A stretch of DNA of 57,195 bases from a virus, in IMG/VR virus record IMGVR_UViG_3300045988_171585, positions 1-57,195 of that record. The stretch is one strand, 5' to 3'. Positions 18,532-28,870 of the stretch are shown here, piece after piece (position 1 is the stretch's first letter; each line of letters begins with the position of its first letter). The notes beneath the pieces were generated by a model. It was not told where the DNA came from, ran no database searches, and saw only the letters and a program-made list of their open reading frames with translations. The position numbers and the translations under genes were made by a program.

Positions 18532-19238
18532 TATATAACTTTGGTGATAAGTTAGAATGTTATAGTTCTAGTGGTAAAACAGTTTGTACGATTTCAACAG
18601 ACGGTATAAACTTCGAGGGATTGGATTGGGGTGATTATGATTACATTTTTGATAACTCATATTATTTAGCTGATAATGACTCAGTTACACTAGAAACAAG
18701 TGGTATAACCTGTAATGGTAAAACAATTAGAAGTTATATAGATTCGCTCGACTCGCAATTTTATATTGATGAGCGATTACGAGAAATGTTTAAAAATAAG
18801 GAGGAAAAAGAAATGAATAAAGTTTTAGAATTATATTATGAAAGAAGAATAAAAAAATTAGGAGAGTTTTATAAAGAACTTAAAGAACAAAAATACAATG
18901 AATTAGAAGTTGTTAAAGAATTTAACGAGGTTGTTGAAGAATATAATAACAAAATGCAAGAATTAATGGGGAAATATAGAGAAGAAGATGAAAATATGTC
19001 TTTGATACATAAAACAGGCTACAATGAATATCCTTATGTACTTAGTCACGCCGTTAAAGATGATATTGTTCAATCTTTAGGTAAATCTTATGAGGAAAAT
19101 AAAAAAGCATTGCTTGAAGAAAAAGAAACAATTGCAGCTATTTTATCACTAAGTGAAGATAAAGATTATCAAGTTGAAGTATTGAAAAACTATGGAATAC
19201 TTGATAAAAAAGGTATGATGGTAGAGGATGACGAATAA
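18501..19238 (+). CDS. hypothetical protein
   Basis: ORF. Confidence 0.5.
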   Translation: MYRYGGHVRVIYNFGDKLECYSSSGKTVCTISTDGINFEGLDWGDYDYIFDNSYYLADNDSVTLETSGITCNGKTIRSYIDSLDSQFYIDERLREMFKNKEEKEMNKVLELYYERRIKKLGEFYKELKEQKYNELEVVKEFNEVVEEYNNKMQELMGKYREEDENMSLIHKTGYNEYPYVLSHAVKDDIVQSLGKSYEENKKALLEEKETIAAILSLSEDKDYQVEVLKNYGILDKKGMMVEDDE

Positions 19239-19432
19239 TGGATGAACCTATTTTTAAAAACTATAAAGAAAAACAAGCATATTATAGAGAGAAATATAAA
19301 AATAGGGGAGCTATTGTTCATATAAGTAAGGTAATTGATAGATACGGAAAAGTGAAACAGTCTGGAAAAACTTATCACAGTGAAAAAGGTGAAGAGCGTA
19401 CTATCAAAAGAAGAGCAAAAGAAGAAAAATAA
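19238..19432 (+). CDS. hypothetical basic protein
   Basis: ORF; terminator hairpin at 19452-19498 follows. Confidence 0.4.
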   Translation: MDEPIFKNYKEKQAYYREKYKNRGAIVHISKVIDRYGKVKQSGKTYHSEKGEERTIKRRAKEEK

Positions 19433-19506
19433 AAAAATAAGAAAGGAGAAGAAACTTAATTATTATTTAAATAAGCAGGTTTCTTCTTTTTATATTTGGA
19501 GGAATT

Positions 19507-19728
19507 ATGGTTAAGTGTACAAAATTTGAATTAATTGAACGAATATTAACTGGGCTAATGTTCGATGGTAGCTATTGGTTAATTGACAATGTACTTTGTA
19601 AATGGGATGATGAAGATAAACGCTTTCTTCCAATAATGCACCCAAATACAATCACCGGTTTTGAATTTAATGGGTTAAATGATGTTGTATATGAACTTGC
19701 AGATTATGAGGTGGAAAGCAATGAATGA
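19507..19728 (+). CDS. hypothetical protein
   Basis: ORF. Confidence 0.4.
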   Translation: MVKCTKFELIERILTGLMFDGSYWLIDNVLCKWDDEDKRFLPIMHPNTITGFEFNGLNDVVYELADYEVESNE

Positions 19729-20002
19729 TGAGGAAATACAAGAGATTTTAGATGAATTACAACTAGTTAGAGCCGAGGTGTTAAAACCTAAAGCGAAAAG
19801 ATTATTTGATGCAATAATGTGTATTGCTGATGATAGAGATAAATATCTGAAAGAAAATCAAAAATTAAAAGAAGATATAAATTTTTGTTTACATTCGATT
19901 AAACAAGAAATGGAAATGTCAAAAGACGAAAGAACAAGAAAAGAAATGTCTACTTGTTATTATATACTAAGAGGTGGAATAAATGAAAGTAGATATTTAT
20001 AA
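19721..20002 (+). CDS. hypothetical protein
   Basis: Start refined to the ATG at 19721 after gaggtggaaagca. Confidence 0.45.
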   Translation: MNDEEIQEILDELQLVRAEVLKPKAKRLFDAIMCIADDRDKYLKENQKLKEDINFCLHSIKQEMEMSKDERTRKEMSTCYYILRGGINESRYL

Positions 20003-20528
20003 TACAGATAAGAAATACAATATCATTTATGCAGATCCACCATGGAGTTATAAAGATAAAGCATTAGCAGGAGATCGGGGGGCTTGTTGTAAATATGATG
20101 TCATGACAATAGAAGATATAGAAAATCTACCTATAAAAGATATTTCTGCTAATGATTGTGTATTATTCATGTGGGTTACAATGCCTAAATTAAATGAATG
20201 TTTTGATGTGATTAAAAAATGGGGGTTTGAATATAAAACTTGTGCTTTCACTTGGATTAAGCAAAATAAAAAAAGCAATAGTTTATTTTGGGGTATGGGT
20301 AGTTGGACTAGAGCAAATGCTGAATTATGTTTAATTGCTACTAAAGGAAAACCTAAAAGACAATCTGCAAAAGTACATAGTGTAATAATGAGTAAGATAA
20401 GAGAACATTCAAGAAAACCTGATGAAACTAGAGATAGAATAGTAGAATTGTGTGGTGATATACCTAGAATAGAATTATTTGCGAGACAATCAGTTGATGG
20501 CTGGGATTGTTGGGGTAATGAAGTATAA
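19983..20528 (+). CDS. MT-A70 family DNA N6-adenine methyltransferase
   Basis: IIYADPPWSY (DPPW) motif. Confidence 0.75.
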   Translation: MKVDIYNTDKKYNIIYADPPWSYKDKALAGDRGACCKYDVMTIEDIENLPIKDISANDCVLFMWVTMPKLNECFDVIKKWGFEYKTCAFTWIKQNKKSNSLFWGMGSWTRANAELCLIATKGKPKRQSAKVHSVIMSKIREHSRKPDETRDRIVELCGDIPRIELFARQSVDGWDCWGNEV

Positions 20529-20566
20529 ATTTTACAAAAATATAAAGAAATAATAGGAGATAAATA

Positions 20567-21295
20567 ATGATAGATTTAAGACAAGGCGATTGTTTAGAAA
20601 TAATGAAGGATATACCTGACAAATCAATAGATATGATACTATGCGATTTGCCCTATGGCACCACTGCTTGTAAATGGGATGTGGTTATTCCTTTTGAATC
20701 ATTATGGGAACAATATAATAGAATAATAAAAGATAATGGTGCAATAGTTTTATTTAGTAAACAACCTTTTACAACTGAATTAATACATAGTAATTTAAAG
20801 AATTTTAAATATAGTTTAGTATGGAAAAAAGATAATCACGACAATCCACTAATGGCTAAAAAAAGATTTCTAAATATAACAGAAGATATAAATATATTTT
20901 ATAAAAAACAATGTGTTTATAACCCACAAGGAATTATAAAAGTAAATAAAATTACAAAACAGGGCAGAGGAGAAAGTTTGTCACAAAAAAATACGAGAAA
21001 AATGGAATATTTACAAGAATATACTAATTACCCTAGAAATATTTTAGAGTTTAAAAGAGATTTGCCAAATATTCACCCAACCCAGAAGCCAGTTGCACTT
21101 CTTGAATATTTAATTAAAACATATACAAATGAAAATGAAACAGTATTAGATAATTGTATGGGGTCTGGAAGTACAGGAGTAGCTTGTATGAATACTAATA
21201 GAAATTTTATAGGAATAGAGTTAGATGAAAAATACTTTGAAATAGCAAAAGAACGAATAGAAAAAGAACAAAATAAATGGGAGGATTTAAACTAA
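20567..21295 (+). CDS. DNA methyltransferase (N6-adenine/N4-cytosine, beta class)
   Basis: DLPYG motif IV, HPTQKP, C-terminal NCMGSGSTG SAM-binding motif. Confidence 0.7.
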   Translation: MIDLRQGDCLEIMKDIPDKSIDMILCDLPYGTTACKWDVVIPFESLWEQYNRIIKDNGAIVLFSKQPFTTELIHSNLKNFKYSLVWKKDNHDNPLMAKKRFLNITEDINIFYKKQCVYNPQGIIKVNKITKQGRGESLSQKNTRKMEYLQEYTNYPRNILEFKRDLPNIHPTQKPVALLEYLIKTYTNENETVLDNCMGSGSTGVACMNTNRNFIGIELDEKYFEIAKERIEKEQNKWEDLN

Positions 21296-21813
21296 TGCCT
21301 CAACAGATAAAAACATGCAAAAGAAAAACACACGACGATGAGTTCTTTACAATGTATAAAGATTGTGTTAGAGAACTTCATAAGTACGATTTAAGAAATA
21401 AAAAGATAATTTGTCCTTGTGATAATAAAGATAGTAATATTTATAAATATTTAAAAGATTGTTACTATGATGTAAAATATGATAACAAAGAATGGAGAAA
21501 TATTGATTATTCAAAATACGATTTAGTAATAACCAATCCCCCATTTAGCCAAGTAAGAGAATTTATAAGACATTTAGTTAATAAAAAAATAGATTTTATA
21601 ATAGTTGTTAGTGATGTTTTGAGGTATAGTATCGCAAAAGGTAAAACTGATTTTGGGATAGTATTGTACAAAGGTTGGGATGCTCAAAAGTTTTATAGAC
21701 CGGATGGTAGTATACAAGCGGTACATTGTGGATGGATTTCTACCATTCCTGATGATTGGGGTGAAAACAAAATAATGAAAGAAGTTGACGATAATGGAAT
21801 TTTGGATAAATAA
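21295..21813 (+). CDS. putative small DNA methyltransferase (NPPF motif)
   Basis: LVITNPPFSQ; start refined to the ATG at 21295 after gggaggat. Confidence 0.4.
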   Translation: MPQQIKTCKRKTHDDEFFTMYKDCVRELHKYDLRNKKIICPCDNKDSNIYKYLKDCYYDVKYDNKEWRNIDYSKYDLVITNPPFSQVREFIRHLVNKKIDFIIVVSDVLRYSIAKGKTDFGIVLYKGWDAQKFYRPDGSIQAVHCGWISTIPDDWGENKIMKEVDDNGILDK

Positions 21814-22135
21814 TAGGCGATGGACCATAGAAGAGGTCAACAGTAATTGGTTATTAACAGAATATAAAAAAGAAAACGATAAAGGTGTGTATTGTTTTGG
21901 TTTAACGAAATATAATGAGCAAGCTATCTATATAAACACTGAGGTACATAAAGATGTTAAAAAGCAAACTTTGTATCACGAGTTAATGCATTGTTATTTA
22001 TGGAACTATGCTCAAAACTTTGATGAAGTAAGTGAGGAATTATTATGTGATATATCAGCAAATAGTCACGATATCATACATAAAATTGTAGAAGCATACT
22101 TTGAGTTGAAAGAGAGTAATAATAATGGATTTTAA
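21785..22135 (+). CDS. ImmA/IrrE-family zinc metallopeptidase (standalone)
   Basis: AIYINTEV...QTLYHELMHC HEXXH-like core typical of DUF955/ImmA. Confidence 0.55.
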   Translation: MTIMEFWINNRRWTIEEVNSNWLLTEYKKENDKGVYCFGLTKYNEQAIYINTEVHKDVKKQTLYHELMHCYLWNYAQNFDEVSEELLCDISANSHDIIHKIVEAYFELKESNNNGF

Positions 22136-24899
22136 TGAACTAATAAACAATCGTTTATGGGGATTTGATTTTGAGGTAACAAAGTATGATTGGCTACTTG
22201 TATTAATAAAATATTCAGATAAAACAAAAATAACTTTCCATAATGATTGTGCAGATGATATATTTAGTTTTATTGAAAAATATGATCCCATTTTAATAGG
22301 ACATAATGCACGTTATTATGACCAGTATATTTTAAAAGGTATTGAATCGGGTTTTTCAGTAGAAGAAGTTAAAAACATTAATGACTATATTATTAATGGT
22401 GGACAAGGCTTTGAATTACAATATGATTATGTACAACTCCCCCCGATATGGGATACTATACAAGATGTAGTTCCCCCAAAAAGTTTAAAAGAAATAGAAG
22501 CGAATCTTTTAATGGATATTACCGAATCTACGGTTAGTTTCGATATAGACCACCCATGGAACGAGCAAGAATATAATGAAATGCTATATTATTGTACAAA
22601 AGATGTTGAAGCACTGTTTCCTTTATTTGAAGCGAGAAAAGGTTATTTTAAAACCAAGTACGATTTATGTGTGTTATCGAGCATCGACCCCGCATATAAT
22701 ATCGGTCTTACCAATGCAAAACTTTGTGCGAAGTTTTTAGAAGCAAAAAAAGTAGACCGAGATGATGAAAGGGAATATATTATACCATCTACAATTGATA
22801 TAAATTATGTTCCTAAAGAGATATTAAAATTTTTTGAGAGAGTACATGATAAAACAATTTCAGATGAAGAACTATTTACTAGTAAATTAGAATTTGATTT
22901 TCATGGTATGCCATCTGTGTTTGCGTCAGGTGGGGCTCATGGTGCGTTGCCTAACTACAGATATGATGAAAAATTAAATCCTAATATAGTGGTCATTAAT
23001 GTAGACTATTCTAGTCTGTATCCTCATCTACTTGCTCTCCCAGAATACAATTTTATTTCTCGAAATATTAAAGATAAAAATAAATACTATAATACTCTTC
23101 AACGAAGATTACAATTAAAACATGAAGGTAAAAAAGAAGAACAGTTACCACTTAAGCTTATACTTAACACTACTTATGGTTGTCAGAATAACAAATATAA
23201 TGATTTATACGATCCTAAAGGAGCAAGAAATACTTGTTGGACGGGTCAGTTGTTATTAGCATCTATGACTGAAGAAGTATTTCAAATAGGTGGAGTAAAA
23301 TTAATCCAAATAAACACAGATGGTTTGATGATTGAATTACCACGAGAGAAGTTACCAGAGTATTATGAGGTTTGTAATAAGTTCTCTGAGAGAGTAAAGA
23401 TAGGTGTTGAGTATGATATAATTCATAAAATAATACAACGTGACGTGAATAACTACATTATGGTTTACGGAGAAGAAGGACATTTAAGTATTAAAGCGAA
23501 AGGTGGATGTTTTGCTAGTTTACCTAAATTAACTATAGAAGAGGATGGAAGTGTTTCTAGTAAATATAAACCTGACTTTAAAGCTAATTCTTTAGCAATA
23601 GTTTCGGAAGCACTTGCAAAATATTTATTATTTGATACGCCCATAGAGGAAACGATATTAAACGATGATACAACACACAAGTATCAACTCGTGTCTCATC
23701 TTGGCTCAACCTATGAAAAATGTGTTCAAGAAAGTGCGAACGGAGACATCCTATTACAAAAAAATAATAGAATATATGCTGGGCTAACACCTAGTGGGAA
23801 GATAGTAAAAGTGAAACCAGATGGAAGAAGAGATTCATTGGCTAACCAGCCACCAAATCCAATAATAGATAATGGTAATAAATGCACCATTGACCAAATT
23901 AATAAACAGTGGTATATTAAACTTGCTACCCAATGGGCTAATGATTTCCTAGGAATCAAGAGATTAACAGAATATAAAAAAGATGAACTACTAACCATGG
24001 CTAAAGACCTAGGTTTAGAAGTAGATAAAAAGACTAAAAAGGATGAACTAATAAAAATGATAGAAGAAAGAAATGAGGTAAAAGAAATGGCTACAAAAAA
24101 AGTAGAAACAAATGAAGAAACAAAAACTATGACTATTTATGAAAAAATAGCGAAAATGACAAAAGAAATTAGAGAACACGATTTTGTAATGGATTGTGTA
24201 AACCCCGGTAATCTTGGTGGAAAAGAATATGCATCAATAGGTCAGTACTACAATCTATTACATAACTTATGTGATAAATATCATTTATTATTTAGATGGG
24301 ATGTTACGAACCTGGAGTATTTTGAAAAGGACGTATTCAAACCTACCGGTAAAATGCCTTCTAATGTGGCTGTGGTATGTTGTAAAGCAACATTTATTGA
24401 TATTGACGCCACACAATATGATAGAATTAAAAGCGATGAAAACTTTGCTTATGCTGTAAATAGTATATATAGCATGACTTATAGTGCTATGGCAGGTGGT
24501 AGTGATATTGCTGACAAATCAGTTTCGGGAGCTAGTACTTTAGCATTTAGAAATTGGTTTGATAAAAACTTCACACCAAAATATATGAATGCTATAGAAG
24601 AAGAAATAACAGAGTCATCTGAAGAAAAAACTGAAGCTCCTAAAATACCAGCGTATATTCCACCACAAAAGAAAGAAGAAATAAAAGAAGAAGTTGTAAG
24701 TACTAAACAAAATAGCACAGATGAAGATATTAAAAGAGTTATTGATACTATTATGAAAATAAGAGATATGAGTAATAACCCTGAATATGGTAAATCAACA
24801 TTAAATACGATCATGACAACAGAGATAACAGCAGCAGATTTACTTTCAATAGAATTAAAATTAAATAATAAGTTAGATGAGTTAGGAGGTAATAAATAA
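22125..24899 (+). CDS. Family B DNA polymerase with 3'-5' exonuclease domain
   Basis: Exo I FDFEV, Exo II HNARYYDQ, Exo III YCTKDV; Pol A VDYSSLYP, Pol B KLILNTTYG, Pol C-like INTDG. Confidence 0.8.
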   Translation: MDFNELINNRLWGFDFEVTKYDWLLVLIKYSDKTKITFHNDCADDIFSFIEKYDPILIGHNARYYDQYILKGIESGFSVEEVKNINDYIINGGQGFELQYDYVQLPPIWDTIQDVVPPKSLKEIEANLLMDITESTVSFDIDHPWNEQEYNEMLYYCTKDVEALFPLFEARKGYFKTKYDLCVLSSIDPAYNIGLTNAKLCAKFLEAKKVDRDDEREYIIPSTIDINYVPKEILKFFERVHDKTISDEELFTSKLEFDFHGMPSVFASGGAHGALPNYRYDEKLNPNIVVINVDYSSLYPHLLALPEYNFISRNIKDKNKYYNTLQRRLQLKHEGKKEEQLPLKLILNTTYGCQNNKYNDLYDPKGARNTCWTGQLLLASMTEEVFQIGGVKLIQINTDGLMIELPREKLPEYYEVCNKFSERVKIGVEYDIIHKIIQRDVNNYIMVYGEEGHLSIKAKGGCFASLPKLTIEEDGSVSSKYKPDFKANSLAIVSEALAKYLLFDTPIEETILNDDTTHKYQLVSHLGSTYEKCVQESANGDILLQKNNRIYAGLTPSGKIVKVKPDGRRDSLANQPPNPIIDNGNKCTIDQINKQWYIKLATQWANDFLGIKRLTEYKKDELLTMAKDLGLEVDKKTKKDELIKMIEERNEVKEMATKKVETNEETKTMTIYEKIAKMTKEIREHDFVMDCVNPGNLGGKEYASIGQYYNLLHNLCDKYHLLFRWDVTNLEYFEKDVFKPTGKMPSNVAVVCCKATFIDIDATQYDRIKSDENFAYAVNSIYSMTYSAMAGGSDIADKSVSGASTLAFRNWFDKNFTPKYMNAIEEEITESSEEKTEAPKIPAYIPPQKKEEIKEEVVSTKQNSTDEDIKRVIDTIMKIRDMSNNPEYGKSTLNTIMTTEITAADLLSIELKLNNKLDELGGNK

Positions 24900-25026
24900 T
24901 GAGTGCAGAATTATTATTAGCATTTATACTTGGTATCATAGGTGGTGTATTATTATCAGTAATAGTTTTTATAGGTGTTATTAAAAAGTTAGTTTGTATT
25001 AGCGATACACCAAAAGGTAAGAAATA
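24900..25026 (+). CDS. small TM peptide (42 aa)
   Basis: MSAELLLAFILGIIGGVLLSVIVFIGVIKK...; below the ORF-track cutoff. Confidence 0.3.
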
Positions 25027-25248
25027 ATGGATGATTCTAACAAAGTCGTTCTTCAATTCGATGAGAATGGTAAGTTTGTGAGAGAATGGAAAAATCTATC
25101 AGAGATTTATAAAGAATTAAGATATAACACGGCTTATATACGAAAATGCTGTGAATACCGAAGTGACTGGTATAAAGGTAGTAGATGGGTTTATAAGGAG
25201 GATTATTTGCTATGGAGTGGAAATACAGCGAAGACAGAAAAAGAATAA
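25027..25248 (+). CDS. NUMOD/IENR-like DNA-binding protein (homing-endonuclease-associated motif only)
   Basis: FDENGKFVREWKNLSEIYKELRYNTAYIRKC...GSRWVYKEDY. Confidence 0.4.
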   Translation: MDDSNKVVLQFDENGKFVREWKNLSEIYKELRYNTAYIRKCCEYRSDWYKGSRWVYKEDYLLWSGNTAKTEKE

Positions 25249-26270
25249 TATTAGATACCCCACCAAAACAACTTTTGAGAATTAGTGGGCATCGTATGGC
25301 GACTGTACTCGGGTTAAATCATTTTGCGACGCCATTTCAAGCGTGGGCAGAAATAACCAAGTTATTAAAAGTACCGTTTGAAGAGAATAAATATCTGATT
25401 ATGGGTAGAGTAGCTGAACCAAAAATAATAGATTATGTTAGAGATAAGTTTCCTAATGTAATGAGTATGGAAGAATACTATGGTAATGCTATTGATGATT
25501 ATCGTTATAATAATTTTAAATACGATAGCAAAATCTTTGGTGGAATGTTTGACTTTGTTTGTACAAAAAATGATAAGAAGACAATAACGCTTATTGGGGA
25601 AATAAAAACAAGTGGAAAACCAGAATTATTCCAAAACAATAACATTCCTCAAGAGTACCTTTTACAAGCTGCTTTATATGCTAAACTAAAAGGTTTGGAT
25701 AAAGTGTTGTTTGTTATTTCTATAGTAAACGAGGAAGATTATATGCACCCCGAGATGTTTGTTCCAACTGATGAAAATACGACGTTGATTGTAAAAAAAT
25801 TAGACGATTTGTTTTTTGAAATAGACGGTGAATATTGTGGTATTGATGATTGTATGAGAAAAGCTGAAGAATTTTGGAACAACTATGTCTTAACCGGAAT
25901 ATCACCGGAGTTCGATGAAAAACTAGATAAAGATTATTTAGATATAATAAGAGCAAGTAAACCATCAAATGATAACGATTTATCAACACTTTGTCTTGAA
26001 GGTATAAGGCTTGCAAGAGAAATAAATGAACTTAAAACAACGTCAGGTTTGTCAGCAAAAGAAAAAGAACTTAAAACAATTGAAAAAGCTATAAAAGAAG
26101 TTATGATAAATTCAAATTTGGATTGTTGTGAGGGATACACATTAAAAAGAAATAGCAAACAAGTGTTCGATGAAGAGAGATTTTCTAAAGAACATCCGAA
26201 ATCATATGAAGGATATTTAATAGATAAAATTGAAGTAAAACTTAGTAAAAATATAAAGGAGGATAATTAG
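25212..26270 (+). CDS. PD-(D/E)xK exonuclease (YqaJ/RecB-like)
   Basis: aaggagg RBS; D...E-x-K core FDFVCT...LIGEIKTSGK; N-terminal YqaJ-like segment. Confidence 0.5.
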   Translation: MEWKYSEDRKRIILDTPPKQLLRISGHRMATVLGLNHFATPFQAWAEITKLLKVPFEENKYLIMGRVAEPKIIDYVRDKFPNVMSMEEYYGNAIDDYRYNNFKYDSKIFGGMFDFVCTKNDKKTITLIGEIKTSGKPELFQNNNIPQEYLLQAALYAKLKGLDKVLFVISIVNEEDYMHPEMFVPTDENTTLIVKKLDDLFFEIDGEYCGIDDCMRKAEEFWNNYVLTGISPEFDEKLDKDYLDIIRASKPSNDNDLSTLCLEGIRLAREINELKTTSGLSAKEKELKTIEKAIKEVMINSNLDCCEGYTLKRNSKQVFDEERFSKEHPKSYEGYLIDKIEVKLSKNIKEDN

Positions 26271-26272
26271 TT

Positions 26273-26506
26273 ATGTTTTATGATACAAAAATAGTAATAA
26301 AAGCAAATATTAAAGATTACAATTTTGACGGAGCTGGAATCAAATATATGAGTAAAATGAAAGGTTTGGACCCATATCTATTAGATTTATTGGCTGTAAA
26401 TTTTTTAGACTTAGCAATAGATAATGGATTATCAAAAAAAGATGTATTAGACCATTTTAAAAAGAATTATGAATTAATGTTAGAAGAAAAGGAGAGCAGA
26501 AAATAA
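26273..26506 (+). CDS. hypothetical protein
   Basis: ORF. Confidence 0.45.
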   Translation: MFYDTKIVIKANIKDYNFDGAGIKYMSKMKGLDPYLLDLLAVNFLDLAIDNGLSKKDVLDHFKKNYELMLEEKESRK

Positions 26507-26979
26507 TGAAAATAAAATTTAATTTAAATAATTATGAACCAATACCAGAAGGAGAACAAGTTTTAGAGATAACTAAAGCTGAATGTAAACCATCTGGAAA
26601 ACCTACAGGTTGTAGTGTTACATTTAAAGACGGAAAGGGAAGAATGCTTACAAACAAGTATGACTTTAATAATCCAACAGGACTTACTATATTTGCTATT
26701 CTTTGTAGACATGCTCTTGGTATGCAAGATATGGAAGAATTTGATACAACCATTGATACACCAAAACTTGTTGGAAAAAAAGTAGTTTGTGAAATAGTAC
26801 ATAATCAAGGCACACAAGCTAGAGAAGATGGTACTTATCCAATATTTGCAAATATTAAAAAAATAATAAGCGGTGTTGAAGAAATTAAACCTAATGAAAT
26901 GTCCGAAGATGATTTACTTCCTAAAAATATGCAAACACCTAGAGCACAAATAACGAATAATATCGGCGATGATTTATAA
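26506..26979 (+). CDS. DUF669-like putative ssDNA-binding protein
   Basis: N-terminal IPEGEQVLEITKAE pattern and size; sits next to the exonuclease. Confidence 0.4.
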   Translation: MKIKFNLNNYEPIPEGEQVLEITKAECKPSGKPTGCSVTFKDGKGRMLTNKYDFNNPTGLTIFAILCRHALGMQDMEEFDTTIDTPKLVGKKVVCEIVHNQGTQAREDGTYPIFANIKKIISGVEEIKPNEMSEDDLLPKNMQTPRAQITNNIGDDL

Positions 26980-26983
26980 TTGA

Positions 26984-27008
26984 AAGACCAAGAGGTCTTT
27001 TTTCTAAT
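26984..27008 (+). terminator. Rho-independent terminator
   Basis: aagacc aagag ggtctt followed by a T-run. Confidence 0.65.
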
Positions 27009-27225
27009 TTATTTCTAATTAATTTAATACTTTATTATGTAAGTTTTAATATATACTTATTATAGACAGAGGTGATAAAGATGTATTGTAAAAGCAATAG
27101 TTTTAAAAACTGTGTTAAACAATCATTGATGGTTGCCTCTGTTTTTTGGTGTAAAAAAGTGGACTTCGACGATGAGATGTTAAATCAAAAAATTGAAGAA
27201 ATTGTAAAATATATAGAAAGGATAG

Positions 27226-27633
27226 ATGAAAATGTACAATAATTATAACCCGTACAATCCGTACTTTAATAATCAACAAATACAAAATAGATATCAACCT
27301 GTTGATCCACCTATTGGTCCTAAACCTATGGGACTTAATGGTAAAGTTGTAGACAGTGTTGACACCGTAAAAGGAATGGATATTAACCTTGATGGTACTA
27401 TTAGTTATTTTCCTTTAGCAGACGGTAGTAAAATTATTACCAAGCAACTAAATAGTGATGGGACTAGTAAAATAGTTATTTATTCTCAAACTAAAGAGGA
27501 TAATAAAGAGGTTAAATATGTTACTAGTGAAGAACTAGATAAAGCCATCAAGAAAATCGATTTGTCCGATATAAAAGATGATATTAAATCTTTGAAAAAA
27601 CAAATTAAAGAGTTGAGGGATACTGATGAATAA
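27226..27633 (+). CDS. hypothetical protein (YNPYNPY N-terminus, coiled-coil C-terminus)
   Basis: ORF in accessory cassette. Confidence 0.5.
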   Translation: MKMYNNYNPYNPYFNNQQIQNRYQPVDPPIGPKPMGLNGKVVDSVDTVKGMDINLDGTISYFPLADGSKIITKQLNSDGTSKIVIYSQTKEDNKEVKYVTSEELDKAIKKIDLSDIKDDIKSLKKQIKELRDTDE

Positions 27634-27853
27634 TCCAATAAATATGATAAAGATGATGATGGGGAAAATGTCCCCAAAAGATATGGCGATGAAAATGATA
27701 GAAAATAATTCTAATCCTGTATTTGCTAATTTAATAGATATGGCAAATAAAGGAGATACTAAAGGTGTTGAGGACTTTGCTAGGAATATTTGTAAAGAAA
27801 AAAACATCGACTTCGATAAAGATTTCACCAACTTTATGAATAATTTTAAATAG
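27626..27853 (+). CDS. hypothetical Met-rich small protein
   Basis: ORF. Confidence 0.45.
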   Translation: MNNPINMIKMMMGKMSPKDMAMKMIENNSNPVFANLIDMANKGDTKGVEDFARNICKEKNIDFDKDFTNFMNNFK

Positions 27854-27922
27854 GTATCTACCATTTCGTTATTAGCAACGAAAAGGATGATATAAAAAGA
27901 ATAAAGAGGGGAGGTGAAATAA

Positions 27923-28753
27923 ATGAGAGATACAGGTTTATCTGCATCAGACGTCGCACTATTATCTGGAAACAACGGAAGAAATAACGATGGTATGTTC
28001 GGTGACAACTGGGCATGGATAATTGTTCTATTTCTAATATTCGCTTTTGGCGGATGGGGTAATGGATTTGGCTTCAACGGAGGTAACGGCTCTAATGGAA
28101 GTGGAGCACTTGACAACTATGTTCTAGCCTCAGACTTTGCTACTATTCAAAGACAACTTAGTGATGGATTTAATGATTTAACTTCACAATCAAGATATAT
28201 CCAAAACGGATTATGTGATGGTTTCTATAATCAAGCACAATTAATCAATGGTGTTAATAGTAATATCGCTGGTTCAACAGCTGCTCTTCAGAACACATTG
28301 TGTCAAGGATTTAATGGTGTAAATCAAGGTATTACAATAAATGGCTATGAAAGTAGAAATGCTATCCAAGGTGTAAGTTCACAATTAGCAAGCTGTTGTT
28401 GTAATTTGAGAAGCGATATTCAAGGAGTTAATTACAATCTAGCAACTAATACTTGTGCTTTACAAAACACAATGAACACAAATACTAGAGATATAGTGGA
28501 CACTGTTAATGCAAATTATAGAGCACTTCATGACGAGATTGTTGCTAATAGAATTGAAGATAAGAATGCTCAAATCGCTGCTCAGCAAAATGAGATTAAT
28601 TCTCTTAGATTATCTGCAAGTCAAGCAAATCAAAATCAATATTTAATTAATCAATTAAAACCTTGTGCTTCACCAGCTTACATAGTTCCAAATCCAAATT
28701 GTTGCTACAATTATAATGTAACAGGTTGTTGTAATGGATGTGGAAATTATTAA
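27923..28753 (+). CDS. Membrane-anchored Gly/Asn/Cys-rich repeat protein
   Basis: GGAGG RBS; TM helix WAWIIVLFLIFAFGGW; internal LCxGF/NxxIQGV repeats; C-terminal CCYNYNVTGCCNGCGNY. Confidence 0.55.
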   Translation: MRDTGLSASDVALLSGNNGRNNDGMFGDNWAWIIVLFLIFAFGGWGNGFGFNGGNGSNGSGALDNYVLASDFATIQRQLSDGFNDLTSQSRYIQNGLCDGFYNQAQLINGVNSNIAGSTAALQNTLCQGFNGVNQGITINGYESRNAIQGVSSQLASCCCNLRSDIQGVNYNLATNTCALQNTMNTNTRDIVDTVNANYRALHDEIVANRIEDKNAQIAAQQNEINSLRLSASQANQNQYLINQLKPCASPAYIVPNPNCCYNYNVTGCCNGCGNY

Positions 28754-28820
28754 TGCGTAACCCTATTTAGGAAACTCGATTACGAGAACTCGCAATCCCG
28801 TGTAATAACACGGATTTAAA

Positions 28821-28848
28821 GATAGGGTAAAACCTATCTTTTTTAAAC
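28821..28848 (+). terminator. Terminator-like hairpin
   Basis: gatagg gtaaaa cctatc followed by tttttt. Confidence 0.45.
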
Positions 28849-28870
28849 CATAAAGAAAGGAAATGATAAA

